From: Andalucia godoyi And28
Lineage: Eukaryota; Protista; Jakobida
Direction: 5' to 3'
DNA length: 64,000 bases
NCBI GenBank assembly: GCA_009859145.1
Contig: VRVR01000016.1
Location: 47,370 to 111,369, forward strand
A model generated the notes under the pieces. It had not been told where the DNA came from, made no database searches, and saw nothing but the letters and a program-made list of their open reading frames with translations. The translations under genes were made by a program, and so were the position numbers. Of this stretch, positions 10,531-21,341 are shown piece by piece; the first letter of the stretch is position 1; each line of letters opens with the position of its first letter.

Positions 10531-12633
10531 TCACTCATGCATCGTACGAACGTGTGCAAACGTCCTGAACACATACTGCGTGTCGTTCGCGGACAACACA
10601 GCAGGCGCAGACATTCCAAGAGACAGTGTGGCAAATACGTGGTCTTCGTCACGAATGTCCAGAGACTGAGAAGAGTCCTCTGAAAACGAGAGTCGCCGGT
10701 TCAAATCGACGGGCTCCGAACCATGGAACCACTCACCCATGCAGTTTTGCCACAAGTATTCCATCAGCATAGTATGATCGTTCTTCTCCGATTGGTAAAG
10801 CGCGACAGTGCAGTAAAATGGGAGATGCTTGGGGCTGGCAACCACCTTGCCCTTCATCTCCTCCGGAGAAACACCTCTCGGTCGAGGGAATGTCAGGAAA
10901 CTGTACCTTCCTGGGAAAAAGTAAGCGAGCGCCGCATCACACGCACCGTCAAGGGACTTTTTCGATGAATACGCATATGCAAAAGGATGCACCACGGTAT
11001 CCAAGGGTCCTCGCACTGGAGCGTCGGGGTTGATCAGGGCTGTGTCGCAAGGCTGAGGCAACGGTCGAATCGCCTCTTCTGCGACTTGGACAATAAACTT
11101 TCGCGGTAAGCGAGGAAGCTTTGTGAACGGAATCTCTGACTCCAGCTGCCCTGTATGGTCAAACACATCAGCAGCCAACTTCGCATAATACGACAATGTC
11201 AATGCCGGATACGTGTTAGAACACTGAAAAGCAAGACCGTAGATAAGACCGATATTGAAAAGTGCAATCATCTGCCATTCCGCAACTAACATATCCGATT
11301 TTGCATGGATGTTGTACAGTGACTGGATATTTCGAGCTGACATGGATACCAGCATATCGAACAGATCAAAGTTGCTTTTGGACATGACGGGCTGCTTGTG
11401 GGGAGCGACAGATGGTTCCTTGTCCATGAGGCTCTCCAAAGCGCTGTGAACCTCCAAGACACTGTCCTGCGAGAAAGGATACAAGCTGGAAACAATCTTG
11501 AGAAGTCCACAACAGCACAGCCACGCGTCCGCATATCCAAGCGACAACAAACCCTCAGACTGCACCTTCATCTCGTCGGGACCAGTGTACTGTGAGGAAT
11601 CGCGCAGAACTTCACAGTACATTTCGGCTGCCTCGACATTTCCAAAATACAACGAAAGTTGAATGATTCTACGCAGCAACCGAGCAATCACTCTGAAAGG
11701 CACGCTGTGTCCACTGACAGCTGCGACGGTGCCCTCCAGTCTTTTCAATGCGTCCGGATATGCCCCAACTGCCATCATGGCTTCCGCATCCAACGCACAA
11801 GAGAGCAAGGACAGCGCAAACGTTGACGACTTGTAATGGGAGTTGAGAACAGAGTTTGCGGACGGAAGCCGGAAGGTTGTCAAGTCGCCCCGCAAGTTCT
11901 CAAACGACCGCGGATTGTTACTGATCGCTTCTTGGTCCTCGAGTTCGGCAGTCACCAAACGAGACACGGACTGGAAATACAAAAATGAGTTCGTAAATCG
12001 GCTAGAGTCGTTCATTCGCAAGTAGCAATCGCACAGCGACACCTGAATGGACGAAAACACGTAGAGCAAAAGCGCGAGAAAGCTCCTGTCGATGCCGGAA
12101 ACACACGGTCGGACATACAACGCCTCGGGTTCTCCAAACACAACCATGTTGAAAAAGTAGACCAAATGAACCTGGGCCCTTTTCGCACTTTCCAGCGCAA
12201 GATCTACATGATTCCTCATCCTCAAAAACAGCACCGTCTTGAGTGCGAAACACAGTCCGTCGGCAAACTTGACTGCTTCGATATCGTGCTGCAGGTCTGC
12301 GATAGCCAGCTGGTGCGCCTCGTCCAGCTTCAGCACACTCTTCATCGTAACACCGTGCTCTGAGCACTCCGACGCAATCGTCTGGTATTCGGAAAATATC
12401 CGACTGAGAATGTTTTGTAGTGCTTGCGAAAGCGGAAAGACCAACGGCGAGGTCTCAAACGTCGGCAGCGAAGAGACTGCGAACGGAACGCTACTTCCAT
12501 TCTCGGCGATTCCAGTCGGCGTCTCGCAATTTGGCAAGTGCTCCGAAACGTGGAGCATCTCAAGCTGCTGGACAACACCGCCATGGCCTACGTGGTTTCC
12601 AACCTCCCTCGACCGCGCTTCACTATTGAACAT
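10531..12633 (-). CDS. Hypothetical 700-aa protein, predicted alpha-helical; family not recognised
   Basis: Long ORF with an ATG start and coding-like composition, bounded by AT-rich or microsatellite spacers. Confidence 0.7.
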   Translation of the reverse strand: MFNSEARSREVGNHVGHGGVVQQLEMLHVSEHLPNCETPTGIAENGSSVPFAVSSLPTFETSPLVFPLSQALQNILSRIFSEYQTIASECSEHGVTMKSVLKLDEAHQLAIADLQHDIEAVKFADGLCFALKTVLFLRMRNHVDLALESAKRAQVHLVYFFNMVVFGEPEALYVRPCVSGIDRSFLALLLYVFSSIQVSLCDCYLRMNDSSRFTNSFLYFQSVSRLVTAELEDQEAISNNPRSFENLRGDLTTFRLPSANSVLNSHYKSSTFALSLLSCALDAEAMMAVGAYPDALKRLEGTVAAVSGHSVPFRVIARLLRRIIQLSLYFGNVEAAEMYCEVLRDSSQYTGPDEMKVQSEGLLSLGYADAWLCCCGLLKIVSSLYPFSQDSVLEVHSALESLMDKEPSVAPHKQPVMSKSNFDLFDMLVSMSARNIQSLYNIHAKSDMLVAEWQMIALFNIGLIYGLAFQCSNTYPALTLSYYAKLAADVFDHTGQLESEIPFTKLPRLPRKFIVQVAEEAIRPLPQPCDTALINPDAPVRGPLDTVVHPFAYAYSSKKSLDGACDAALAYFFPGRYSFLTFPRPRGVSPEEMKGKVVASPKHLPFYCTVALYQSEKNDHTMLMEYLWQNCMGEWFHGSEPVDLNRRLSFSEDSSQSLDIRDEDHVFATLSLGMSAPAVLSANDTQYVFRTFAHVRTMHE

Positions 12634-12667
12634 GTCTCCTGTTCGACTCTATATGTGCGTACGGGCG

Positions 12668-12703
12668 TATGTATGTATGTACGTATGTATGTATGTATGT
12701 ATG
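12668..12703. repeat. (TATG)n microsatellite
   Basis: Direct reading: tatgtatgtatgtacgtatgtatgtatgtatgtatg. Confidence 0.85.
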
Positions 12704-13589
12704 TGTGCGCGCGCGTGGTATTCAATTAACTGATGTATGGATTGAAGAAAGGAGAAAACGGGCAAAGCAAAGCACACCTTTTGTCTGACTTGACCAAAAC
12801 CAACTATGACAAAACGAAAGACGGAAAACCACGGAAATAACAGACCAGATTCGTTTGACTTTTGCCGATTGCAAAAGATCGGGGAAAATCGCGTAGATCC
12901 GGATTGCCGCTTGCTCCTACAGTGATCCGTCCCTACAGAAGGTGCTGCGAACCCTGTGGCAATTAATGCAACAAAAAGGGGTAGGAGGGGACCGAGTCTA
13001 GCACGACACAGCAGGCAGCGTTCCTTTGCGACCACCGGATTGTTTCTGAACAGTGGACAGAGGAAAATGGCAAGTAGGAAAACATAGGTAATAAAAGAAG
13101 GAGGGTCGTTGCGGAATTTCGCAGGCAAACAATCTTGTGCATCGTTTGCGACATGTTCGAGGAACCGTATAAAGAGCACCGAGAGCACCGAAGTGAAGGT
13201 TGCTGAAAGGAAGCGCACCTGAGGGTGACTTTCCCCCCACTGCACCCCCCTGAAGCATGTTGTGTGAACGCTCGACGGTGGGTGTTTAATCTCCGTTGCC
13301 ATGCAGCAGTGCAACGACGATCAGGCAGGGGGAAAAACCATCGACAGCTACTGTAGTACGAAGCAGGTTTGCCCTCATTCCCTTTGCTCTGTCGTCAAGC
13401 ATCAAGCCTTCGCTCTTTCAGGTTTCTGAAAAATGCATGCCTTTTGAAAATCACGCAAACACTGCATGTCTTTCGTTCATTCTTTCGTTCGGTTTTTCGG
13501 TTTTTTTTTTTTTTTGGTTTTTTTTGGGTCCTTTTCTTTCTTTTGGTTGCTTGTGTGATTGTGACTATCCTCTTGTTGGGTACGGTAAA

Positions 13590-16500
13590 ATGGCAACAGA
13601 TCTTCAACGTCAGTTGAGCCAGATTCAGCAGGAATTTGGAGGCACTTCGATTGATGACCCACGCAGATTGGGCCAGTTCCCGTCGTTTCTGTACACTCCG
13701 CTGGAGGCACAGCTGCTGGATACGGCTGCAGTGTATGATTTGGGGCTTGCAGGATTCACAGAACTGAAGAAACTGAATCCAGAGTTTTCTTCCTTTAGCA
13801 AGCTTTTTGACATATCAATCCGAAATACGCATCGCGACCAACTAACCAAGGATGCGAACCAGGATCTTGATGCACAACTGAAGGGCTTCCTTCGCATTCT
13901 CTCACCATACTGCCTTTCGCACGCGGCCCATCAGGTTTTTGAATTCCTGATCAGAAAATACGAGGTTCATGATCGGTGTGTGGACAGCGTAATGGCTGCC
14001 ATCTTGCCGTTCCATGAAACCGCGTTTTTTGGGTCGATGATGAAGCTCGTTCGCGTGCATGATAATCGATGGGCGTTTCTTGCAAACTGTCAAAAAGAAG
14101 GAGCTCCTTGCGCTAGAGAGACTCTGGTGAATCGATGCTTGAAGGATTTCGCTGCTCTAGAGTTTGTCATGTCGCTGGTGAGTTCGTTTGTTGCACCACA
14201 AAAGAAATCTCGTGTTGTACCCAAATCAGTCCTCTCCTTTGTGAGCGTCGTTCTCTTGGAGTGTCTTCGTAAGCCGACGGTTGTCTTTTCTTCCATGATT
14301 CGTGTCCTCATTCCTTATTTGGATATATGCATTCACAGTGTGCATGACGCAGAACTGCAACTGTCGTGCATGTCAATCATCGTGGAAATGTGCGCCCGGA
14401 CAACTCTGATCGACAAAGTCTCTCGTCTCTTAGTGGAGTCTCTATGTAGCGCCGTCCCCGCATCAAGACATCCAAACTTGTTCTTGTGTCTGATGGTTGT
14501 CTTCCAAACACAGTCGTTGAAGAAGTTTCCAAAGAAGGCACTCGCATCTCTGGTTGATGCGTCATCACCAAAGGAGGTTTCTCTTCTGTTGAAGGCGCAG
14601 TCTGAAAAGTTTGATTCCTCGCGATTCCTGCAAGCTGTCTTTCGAACAGCATTGACCAATATGCTAATCTCTGGCACAGATCCAGCGTCGCAGGAATTGC
14701 TTGATGTTGTTTGCACCGATGTGGAGCAGAATGCGTTTGTCATCAAGCACTTATTCTACGTTGCTTCCAAGAAAAAGAATGTTTCTAATGAGGATGATGG
14801 TGATGATCAGCATGCAGACTGGAGTCCGACTGCGGTCATGGATACGTGCAGCAACATTGTCAGCCATTTATCCCAAACAAGATCCACTGTTTTTGATGCC
14901 GCTGTGCGCGAGTTCATCCATTCTCAAGCGGGAATTCCATCTGAAGAAGCCGCTACTTCATTCATTTCAGAATGTTTGAAAGCATCTTGGAAATTCAAAA
15001 CTGTCAGAAGCGGAAATAGCGGCAGTGCTTTGCCTCTGGAAATGGCACTCCATGCTTCCGACTCTGCCATTCGTGCATCGGCAATTCGAGAACTCATTGG
15101 CGGTTTCAATCGTTTATCGACACAAAAGAAGACGGACGGGAATCCTGAGGATTTGCTGTACCTTGAGAATGCGCTGATCTCCATAGTAGATCATCAACAG
15201 GAGGTCTCGTTTGATGTGTTGACGGAAGTGTTTACAAATCTGCAAGTGTCATCGTTTTCTGAAAATGCAAAGAAACAGTTCGCCGATTCCCTGTCCAGTC
15301 ATTTGATGGATGTCAGGCGGCGTTCTGCTCCAGCGGATCTCGTTGCCAACATAATCGAGAAGGCCTGTGACTTACTAGATTCTGCGTCACCGTCCACTCG
15401 TCTGTTGGAGGCAGTGTTTGCTTTCTGTTTGCCGTGGAATGGCGCGTCGTCACTGACTGAAGCCAGAAAGTTGTTGTCCACGGTTGCAAGTGCGCTGTCT
15501 CTCCCCGATCTTCCAGGTTCGGTTGCGAGTCCAACAGAGCTGGTGTCTGCGACTTGTGAACGAGCTGCTTCGTTTATTGTCAGGCATAATCTCGAGTTGC
15601 GCATCAATCCGCATTCCAGTGCGAGTCTTCTTTTTGCATGCGGAATCCCGTGCCTGCTGAAAGGTGATCGTCTCGCAACCTTTTCGAGGTTTTTCTCGTC
15701 CATCCATTCGTTTGTTTCCTTTGAGAATACGCATTCCACCAAACTCCAAAAGCTCCTTATGTCTGTGAAATCAGCCGATCTTGTCGCAACGGACAAGATA
15801 GGTTCTCCGTCTGCGAGCTCCTTCGTGGATTTGTTTTTGAACTCTGACGCTTCGACGTTTCCTGTTGTGCAGAACTGCTTAACCACGATCCTTTTTCTCA
15901 ACTTGGTCTCTCAAGGGAGCTTGTCGTGCGCCGATGCAGAGGCTGTATATGTTCGTTCATGTCGAGTGGCAGATTTTTTAGTGGTCTCTGCGCATCTTGT
16001 AGCGTCGCTAATCAGCTCTGTTTGGAAGGATTCTTGTATGGAGCTTGTAACAAGATTGGCGTGCCATCATTCCGACACCAACGTCCGTGCTCGCTCGACT
16101 GCGTACTTGAGACTGATTCTCACATCGCTTCCCGAAGATTATGACTTCTCCTTTTTGCTGCCGTTTGTGCTGTTGCTGCTGAGCGATAAGGAGCCCGAGA
16201 TTCGTCGTGGTGGTCTTGCAATTCTCGGAGATTTGAAGTCGCGGATGCAACGATCTGTCCGCAACTCGACGTCCAAGTCATTGTTAGTATTGATCCCTTC
16301 ATCGTCCAGGCTAGATGTCCTGCGGAAGCGGCCGGAGAGCAATGGCCTGATGTCCTTCATTGATGGCATCCTGCTAGATGAAGTAGAGATTGTTCGCGAT
16401 GCGGGATTCTTTGGCAAGCACGTGCTGGCCAGCGCGGATTCTCAAATTCTCATGTTTGTTCTTGCCGTCGCATGCCGCTGTCAGAGTCCGCAATTGCAGT

Positions 16501-19500
16501 ATTTGTTGTTGTCCTGTCTGAAGGACTGTGATCTCCCAGATTCTCTGTCAGTCACCGCACCAACAATCCAGCAACATCTTTCCGGTTTGGAGAAATCGAC
16601 CCCTGAGAAGAATGGCCCAGTCGATGTGGACCATGCAGTGGAGTTTACGGCCTTTGACGATGCCTTTGTAAACAGTGATCGAGCCGCCAATCCTGAGGAA
16701 ACTGTGCTCCCGAAGGATGCAACGGAAACTGCACTGCACCTTTGCTCGCTGGTAATTATGATGCGACTTATTCAGAAGACCGACAAGAAGCACTTTTCTT
16801 TGCTTTCGGATTGCTTGAAGATGAGCTTGCGTTTGTCTGAAAAGATTGTCCACGACAATTTGTTTTATTGCGTGGGATTCTCCTTCGCGAATCGACTCGC
16901 GTATGCCTTGGATAACTTTTCGATCATATCAAACCTCGGTGCAGTCTGGGGAGCTGCTTCTTCGAATCAAGAACGCGTGGTGCTACTATCGGAGTGTGCC
17001 TCCCTTGCTGTTCGAGGTGTTTCCCTTTCGACTCTGGTTGGGCGCCTTGGTGTTGTTGTCTCTGCTGCGGATATTGTCTCTGTTCTGAAAGCCCTAATCC
17101 CGCTGAGAGACGCCGCTGCGGAAATGCCAAGAAAGCGTTCGCGAAAGTCGGACAGTGTGACATCGAGTACATTGGTCACTGCAGACTCAGCAGCGATTGC
17201 GCAATCCATTCTTGATATGACCCTCCTTTTCATCAACAACTCTCAGTTGGATAACGCTCAACTTTTGTTCCCTGTTGTCCATGAAATTCTGGCTGGATCG
17301 CAATCCTATTTCGGTGCAGATGTCGGATATCCATTCTTTGTGAAGTCTTTGATGGATGTGCTCCAGGCTCTTTTGGACGTCTGCGGTAAAATGCCCGCGT
17401 CCGCGGACGTTCCGCTTGATCAGACATGTTTAGATCTGCTGAATGCCACTGGTCACTCATCCATTCGATCATCTGTCATGCGGCTGCTTTCTGCATACTC
17501 CTTGCTCTACCCCGAGAGAGTTCTTCGTCGCATGGTTGCTGTCATGTCTGTTTTTGGTTCGCTTTCCGTGAACAGCGGTGCAAAAGATGACGTGATGTCC
17601 TTTTCTGCACTGGAGGAAATGGTGCGAGTCGTCGTTCCGCACCTCATGTCCCTCGAGCATCCTGATCAATCTGCGTTTGACATTACGAACGCGTTCGTGC
17701 AAGCCCTTGAACGAATTCCTGCTCATCGACGCGTTCCCCTTTTTGCCGCATTGTTCGACTCGTTTTCCGCAAGACATTCTTACGCAGTTTTGGTGCAGTT
17801 AATTTTCTTGGAATGGAAAAAGCAAAGTATGGATGCCACAAGCCTGTGCTCAAACTTGCTGACGCGCCTTTTACCATCTTTGCAGCTCAGCTGTGTTAAA
17901 CATGTCGTGTCCTTTGCCGTGGATGTTTCAGAACAGCAACTGTTAGGTGTTGCAAGCAACGAATCGGATGCAGAGACTTCTGAAGACGATGAAGGCAGCG
18001 ACACTGTGGGAATGGCCAAGGTTGTCCTTGGAGGTCTGAAGGATCAGATTGCATCGAAGTCCGATGTTCTTCGCTTCCTGAAGACGATGATGTCCTTCGG
18101 ATCAGACCATGTTTCTTCCGAAGAGTACAAGGATGGCATCGTGAATGCTGGAAGAGTCTCGGCGGCCCAGGCGAGTGGAGATGCTTTTGATAGCTCCATG
18201 CAAGAACAATACTTGAGCATCATGCAGAGCCTGCTTCAATTATCGCGCTGCATTGCAGTCCACGAGACGAACCTGAGGACCTCGGAGGAAATGGACTCCC
18301 AGCAACTTTCGGTGACCCAGGACATGAACCGATCAATCGGCTTGTTTATGGATGCCATTTTGCATTTCTTGTCCATCCCGTCTTTCTTGGCGATCGTGTC
18401 CGATCTTTTGTCCACAGAGGAAGATAATGGAACTGCTGAAGAAGATGAAGAGTCCGTCTGGCTCCGTCGTAAGGCGTTGTTGCTCTTAACGGATCGGATT
18501 GAGCGTTTTCCGAAGGAGTTCTCCCCTGAAGAGGCTTCTCTGTTTGTCGAGCTTGTTCCTGAGATTGGAAAGCTGCTGAAGAGCCACACTGCTGAACCGA
18601 GAAGCGCCCAAATTTCTTTGCTTGCACTTGACATTCTGGCTCGTCGCTTCGCAAAGAACATTCCGGAACCGTTTTTGGAAGTGGTTCCGGACCTCATTGC
18701 TCTGCTGCCAGCTCCTGGATCAAAGATTACGCGCGACGTCAACAAGACTGTGCTAGGCGCTGTCTTGGTCACAACTTCGTCGTTCTGTGCTACTCTATCC
18801 AATAGACTGCTACAACATGTGCCGCGACTGTTTCCTCTGGTTACCACCTGTATTGATCACGTTGTTTCGAGTTCGACAAAAGATGAATCTTCTGTCATGT
18901 TGCTTTCTTGTTCTTTGCATGCTTGCAACATTCTCATTGTCGAGTTGGCAGCCTTTATCTCTCCATTCTTGAGCAATTTGTTCTCGACTTTACTGCGGCT
19001 TCTGTATGTCTACTATCCAGAGACGAACGACACTGACATTTCTTTCATCATTGACAAGACACATGGATTGCTGTCGGCGCTTTCGGACCAGGTGGCGCCT
19101 CGACTGTCGCTTCCCGCTCTCATGGACAGCTACACTTCCATCATCACTTTTGATGGCGGAAAGACACTTGCAAACTGCAAGGACAGCCTTCGTCGCCAGG
19201 CTCGTCTGTACGCGCTGCACTCGCTGTTCAATCACCTCGAACGAGTTTCAAAACGTGTCGACCGAGAACTGGCGGTTTCCAAAGCAAAAGACATTTCCCG
19301 TTTCTATCTGACTGTCTTCCAGTTCCGCCAGAAGTTTGGTGATCCGAGGGATCCAACGGAGAGCAACAAGGTGGAAGACGATGCGTTTGGGGCTTTCCTA
19401 ACATATGTTCTCAAGCTCAATGAGGCCACATTCCGTCCGCTCTTTGCCCGCGTAATGGAATGGGCTACAGCTTCCCAGAAGGAGGGCTCGGTCGTTTTTC

Positions 19501-20423
19501 AGAAGACTGTTGTGTTTTTCCGATTCTTTGGCAAATTTGTGCAGCGATTCAAGATTATTGCACTACCCTTCTTTGGTATGCCGGGAGTCCAGGATGTTTT
19601 GAATACGTGTCTTCGGGTGTCTCACATCGACAAGGCTTCCGGTCGGCGCATCACCGTGGATGGCGCAGCGGACGACCCTGCGAATCGCAGGGTCTTGTAC
19701 AATGCGCTCTACTCTGCATTGAATACTTTCTTCGTGCATGATGTATCGGAGAAGAGTGTGAAAACGCTGTCGTCGCTGGGTTCGTTTGTGGAAGCGCTTT
19801 TTGAGTCGCTGGATATTCTTTGTTCTCAGAAGGACAAGGTCATTTTGTCCCGCGAAAATGACACCGCAGAGGAAGCTAAGGCGATGCACGATGCTTCTTC
19901 TGTCGATTCAAGCGACGAGGACGTCGACAAGACTTCGCAGAATTCCGAAGAAGAAGGCGACAGCGAGGACGGAAGCGAGGACGAGGACGAAGATGGTGCT
20001 GCAAGCAGTGACGATGCTGACGAAAGCGATTCCGACAATACCAGCGACAAAGGTTCCGAAGAGTCAGCTGACAATGGCGAGGATTCAATTCCAGATCCTG
20101 CTTCTCTTATCGAAGAGTTTGTTTCTGTTGTCTGTAATTTCGCGCTTGTGCTTGAAACGGAGGAAGCGTGGAAGCCACTTCATTTCGCGGTGTTGGCACG
20201 AGCACGGTCACAGTCCATTTCTGCACGTCTTGCGAGTATCCGCATCTTGGACCAACTGTTTGAGCGTGTTGGAGAGCGCTACATGGCCATGCTTCCCGAA
20301 ACCATCCAGTATCTTGCCGAATTGATGGAAGATTCCAACACGGAAATCGCCGGAAGTGTTCGTGCCCTTATCAGGAAGATTGAAAAGATCACGGGAGAAG
20401 ACCTGCAACCATTCTTCTCTTAG
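13590..20423 (+). CDS. UTP10: U3 snoRNA-associated protein 10 / HEATR1 (BAP28)
   Basis: Typical N-terminus MATDLQRQL...PSFLYTP..A...D, FLRILSPY..H.A..VFEFLIRKYEV. C-terminal BP28CT-like VLKLNEATFRPLF and LLPETIQYLAELMED-type ending. ATG at 13590; the upstream ORF extension is spacer sequence. Confidence 0.95.
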   Translation: MATDLQRQLSQIQQEFGGTSIDDPRRLGQFPSFLYTPLEAQLLDTAAVYDLGLAGFTELKKLNPEFSSFSKLFDISIRNTHRDQLTKDANQDLDAQLKGFLRILSPYCLSHAAHQVFEFLIRKYEVHDRCVDSVMAAILPFHETAFFGSMMKLVRVHDNRWAFLANCQKEGAPCARETLVNRCLKDFAALEFVMSLVSSFVAPQKKSRVVPKSVLSFVSVVLLECLRKPTVVFSSMIRVLIPYLDICIHSVHDAELQLSCMSIIVEMCARTTLIDKVSRLLVESLCSAVPASRHPNLFLCLMVVFQTQSLKKFPKKALASLVDASSPKEVSLLLKAQSEKFDSSRFLQAVFRTALTNMLISGTDPASQELLDVVCTDVEQNAFVIKHLFYVASKKKNVSNEDDGDDQHADWSPTAVMDTCSNIVSHLSQTRSTVFDAAVREFIHSQAGIPSEEAATSFISECLKASWKFKTVRSGNSGSALPLEMALHASDSAIRASAIRELIGGFNRLSTQKKTDGNPEDLLYLENALISIVDHQQEVSFDVLTEVFTNLQVSSFSENAKKQFADSLSSHLMDVRRRSAPADLVANIIEKACDLLDSASPSTRLLEAVFAFCLPWNGASSLTEARKLLSTVASALSLPDLPGSVASPTELVSATCERAASFIVRHNLELRINPHSSASLLFACGIPCLLKGDRLATFSRFFSSIHSFVSFENTHSTKLQKLLMSVKSADLVATDKIGSPSASSFVDLFLNSDASTFPVVQNCLTTILFLNLVSQGSLSCADAEAVYVRSCRVADFLVVSAHLVASLISSVWKDSCMELVTRLACHHSDTNVRARSTAYLRLILTSLPEDYDFSFLLPFVLLLLSDKEPEIRRGGLAILGDLKSRMQRSVRNSTSKSLLVLIPSSSRLDVLRKRPESNGLMSFIDGILLDEVEIVRDAGFFGKHVLASADSQILMFVLAVACRCQSPQLQYLLLSCLKDCDLPDSLSVTAPTIQQHLSGLEKSTPEKNGPVDVDHAVEFTAFDDAFVNSDRAANPEETVLPKDATETALHLCSLVIMMRLIQKTDKKHFSLLSDCLKMSLRLSEKIVHDNLFYCVGFSFANRLAYALDNFSIISNLGAVWGAASSNQERVVLLSECASLAVRGVSLSTLVGRLGVVVSAADIVSVLKALIPLRDAAAEMPRKRSRKSDSVTSSTLVTADSAAIAQSILDMTLLFINNSQLDNAQLLFPVVHEILAGSQSYFGADVGYPFFVKSLMDVLQALLDVCGKMPASADVPLDQTCLDLLNATGHSSIRSSVMRLLSAYSLLYPERVLRRMVAVMSVFGSLSVNSGAKDDVMSFSALEEMVRVVVPHLMSLEHPDQSAFDITNAFVQALERIPAHRRVPLFAALFDSFSARHSYAVLVQLIFLEWKKQSMDATSLCSNLLTRLLPSLQLSCVKHVVSFAVDVSEQQLLGVASNESDAETSEDDEGSDTVGMAKVVLGGLKDQIASKSDVLRFLKTMMSFGSDHVSSEEYKDGIVNAGRVSAAQASGDAFDSSMQEQYLSIMQSLLQLSRCIAVHETNLRTSEEMDSQQLSVTQDMNRSIGLFMDAILHFLSIPSFLAIVSDLLSTEEDNGTAEEDEESVWLRRKALLLLTDRIERFPKEFSPEEASLFVELVPEIGKLLKSHTAEPRSAQISLLALDILARRFAKNIPEPFLEVVPDLIALLPAPGSKITRDVNKTVLGAVLVTTSSFCATLSNRLLQHVPRLFPLVTTCIDHVVSSSTKDESSVMLLSCSLHACNILIVELAAFISPFLSNLFSTLLRLLYVYYPETNDTDISFIIDKTHGLLSALSDQVAPRLSLPALMDSYTSIITFDGGKTLANCKDSLRRQARLYALHSLFNHLERVSKRVDRELAVSKAKDISRFYLTVFQFRQKFGDPRDPTESNKVEDDAFGAFLTYVLKLNEATFRPLFARVMEWATASQKEGSVVFQKTVVFFRFFGKFVQRFKIIALPFFGMPGVQDVLNTCLRVSHIDKASGRRITVDGAADDPANRRVLYNALYSALNTFFVHDVSEKSVKTLSSLGSFVEALFESLDILCSQKDKVILSRENDTAEEAKAMHDASSVDSSDEDVDKTSQNSEEEGDSEDGSEDEDEDGAASSDDADESDSDNTSDKGSEESADNGEDSIPDPASLIEEFVSVVCNFALVLETEEAWKPLHFAVLARARSQSISARLASIRILDQLFERVGERYMAMLPETIQYLAELMEDSNTEIAGSVRALIRKIEKITGEDLQPFFS

Positions 20424-20628
20424 ATTCTTATTATATATACATATATATTTTGTAGATGTAAAAAATCCAGAGAACTGCCTTTTCGGACACGGAAATCCCG
20501 CGAAAGATCGTCTTTCGCAAGTCGCAATTTGCATAACGCCTGCCACCTGCGTTCTTCATGTTCCAGTTTGTTGACCCGACTTTCCAAAAGGTTTGTCGAC
20601 TGCTGCCTGCTGTTAAAAAAAGAAATCG

Positions 20629-21076
20629 GCCGTTGAATAATAACACGTCATTGTCATGCATGCGGAAGAAAGTATACATAAACAGACACGGTCAATACTG
20701 GCCGACACTAGCACGTTTGTTTCACAGGGAATTCGTGCTTACGCGTAGCCATCTGTCATTCGTTCAAGCGCACTGCCAAGAGGCGAACTTCCAAGACACG
20801 ATCTCGTATCTCCAGGTGCATCAATCGCTGCAACTGAGGACACGAAAGCGCCTGCTGCTAGGGCCGTCAGAATCAAAATGCACCCTTCTCAGGAACAATG
20901 TATCACGCTGAGAAAGTGGCTCACCGATTGATCGAGATTGGGGACGGAGCGCGGAACATCTATCTGAAGAGCGCCGTGAGGCGTGTTGGGGGGCCTATCC
21001 CCTTCGCGGCAACGGGATGCAAGATTGAATATGCATGTCTATTCGTAGATATGCATGCTCAGTGTATAATGCAGGT
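20629..21076 (+). mobile_element. Non-autonomous, internally deleted IS607/Fanzor2 (TnpB-like) element, copy 1
   Basis: The 3' ~228 nt are ~96% identical by eye to 49481-49706, and the left ~115 nt match 49153-49265. It encodes PAARAVRIKMHPSQEQCITLRKWLTD* (to 20931) joined to IDRDW-(1-nt frameshift)-DGARNIYLK. It ends in ...CAGTGTATAATGCAGG. Confidence 0.85.
20981..21076 (+). ncRNA. Putative omegaRNA scaffold (element right end), copy 1
   Basis: GGGG-CCUAU-CCCC hairpin, a ~17-bp stem closed by a UUCG tetraloop, and a 3' CAGG able to pair with the CCU loop. Position matches TnpB/Fanzor omegaRNAs. Confidence 0.65.
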
Positions 21077-21341
21077 CAGACGCAAACAAAAATGTCCTAG
21101 CATCAAGTGAGGGAGAACTGTTCATGCGGCAGTTCTCCAATGTCGATGAGCGAAAGTACCATTCTTTTTGTTTTTCCAAATGGTCTTCGTTTTTGTTTGG
21201 CTTTCCATCTCCAAATCCGAAAGCGTGTCTTTTTCACTTTCTTTTCATCTTTTTGTTTTTAGAATTTGAAAAAAATATCAAGCATTCAGATTTCCTTTCC
21301 ATTTTCGTGAGTCTGTTTTTGTTTTGCGGTGGTGATCTAAA

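Noticed and set aside
13296-13589. N-terminal extension of the UTP10 ORF
   Set aside because: It runs through T-rich spacer sequence, and the conserved UTP10 start is MATDLQRQL at 13590.
20629-21076. Helitron, TIR-MITE or snRNA identity for the repeated element
   Set aside because: It has no TC...CTRR ends, terminal inverted repeats or target-site duplication, and no U1/U2/U4/U5/U6 signature. The TnpB peptide motifs explain it better.
20558-21110. ORFs 20558-20911 and 20898-21110 as genes
   Set aside because: They are frames crossing the transposon relic. The second only carries the frameshifted RuvC-III remnant (GARNIYLK).
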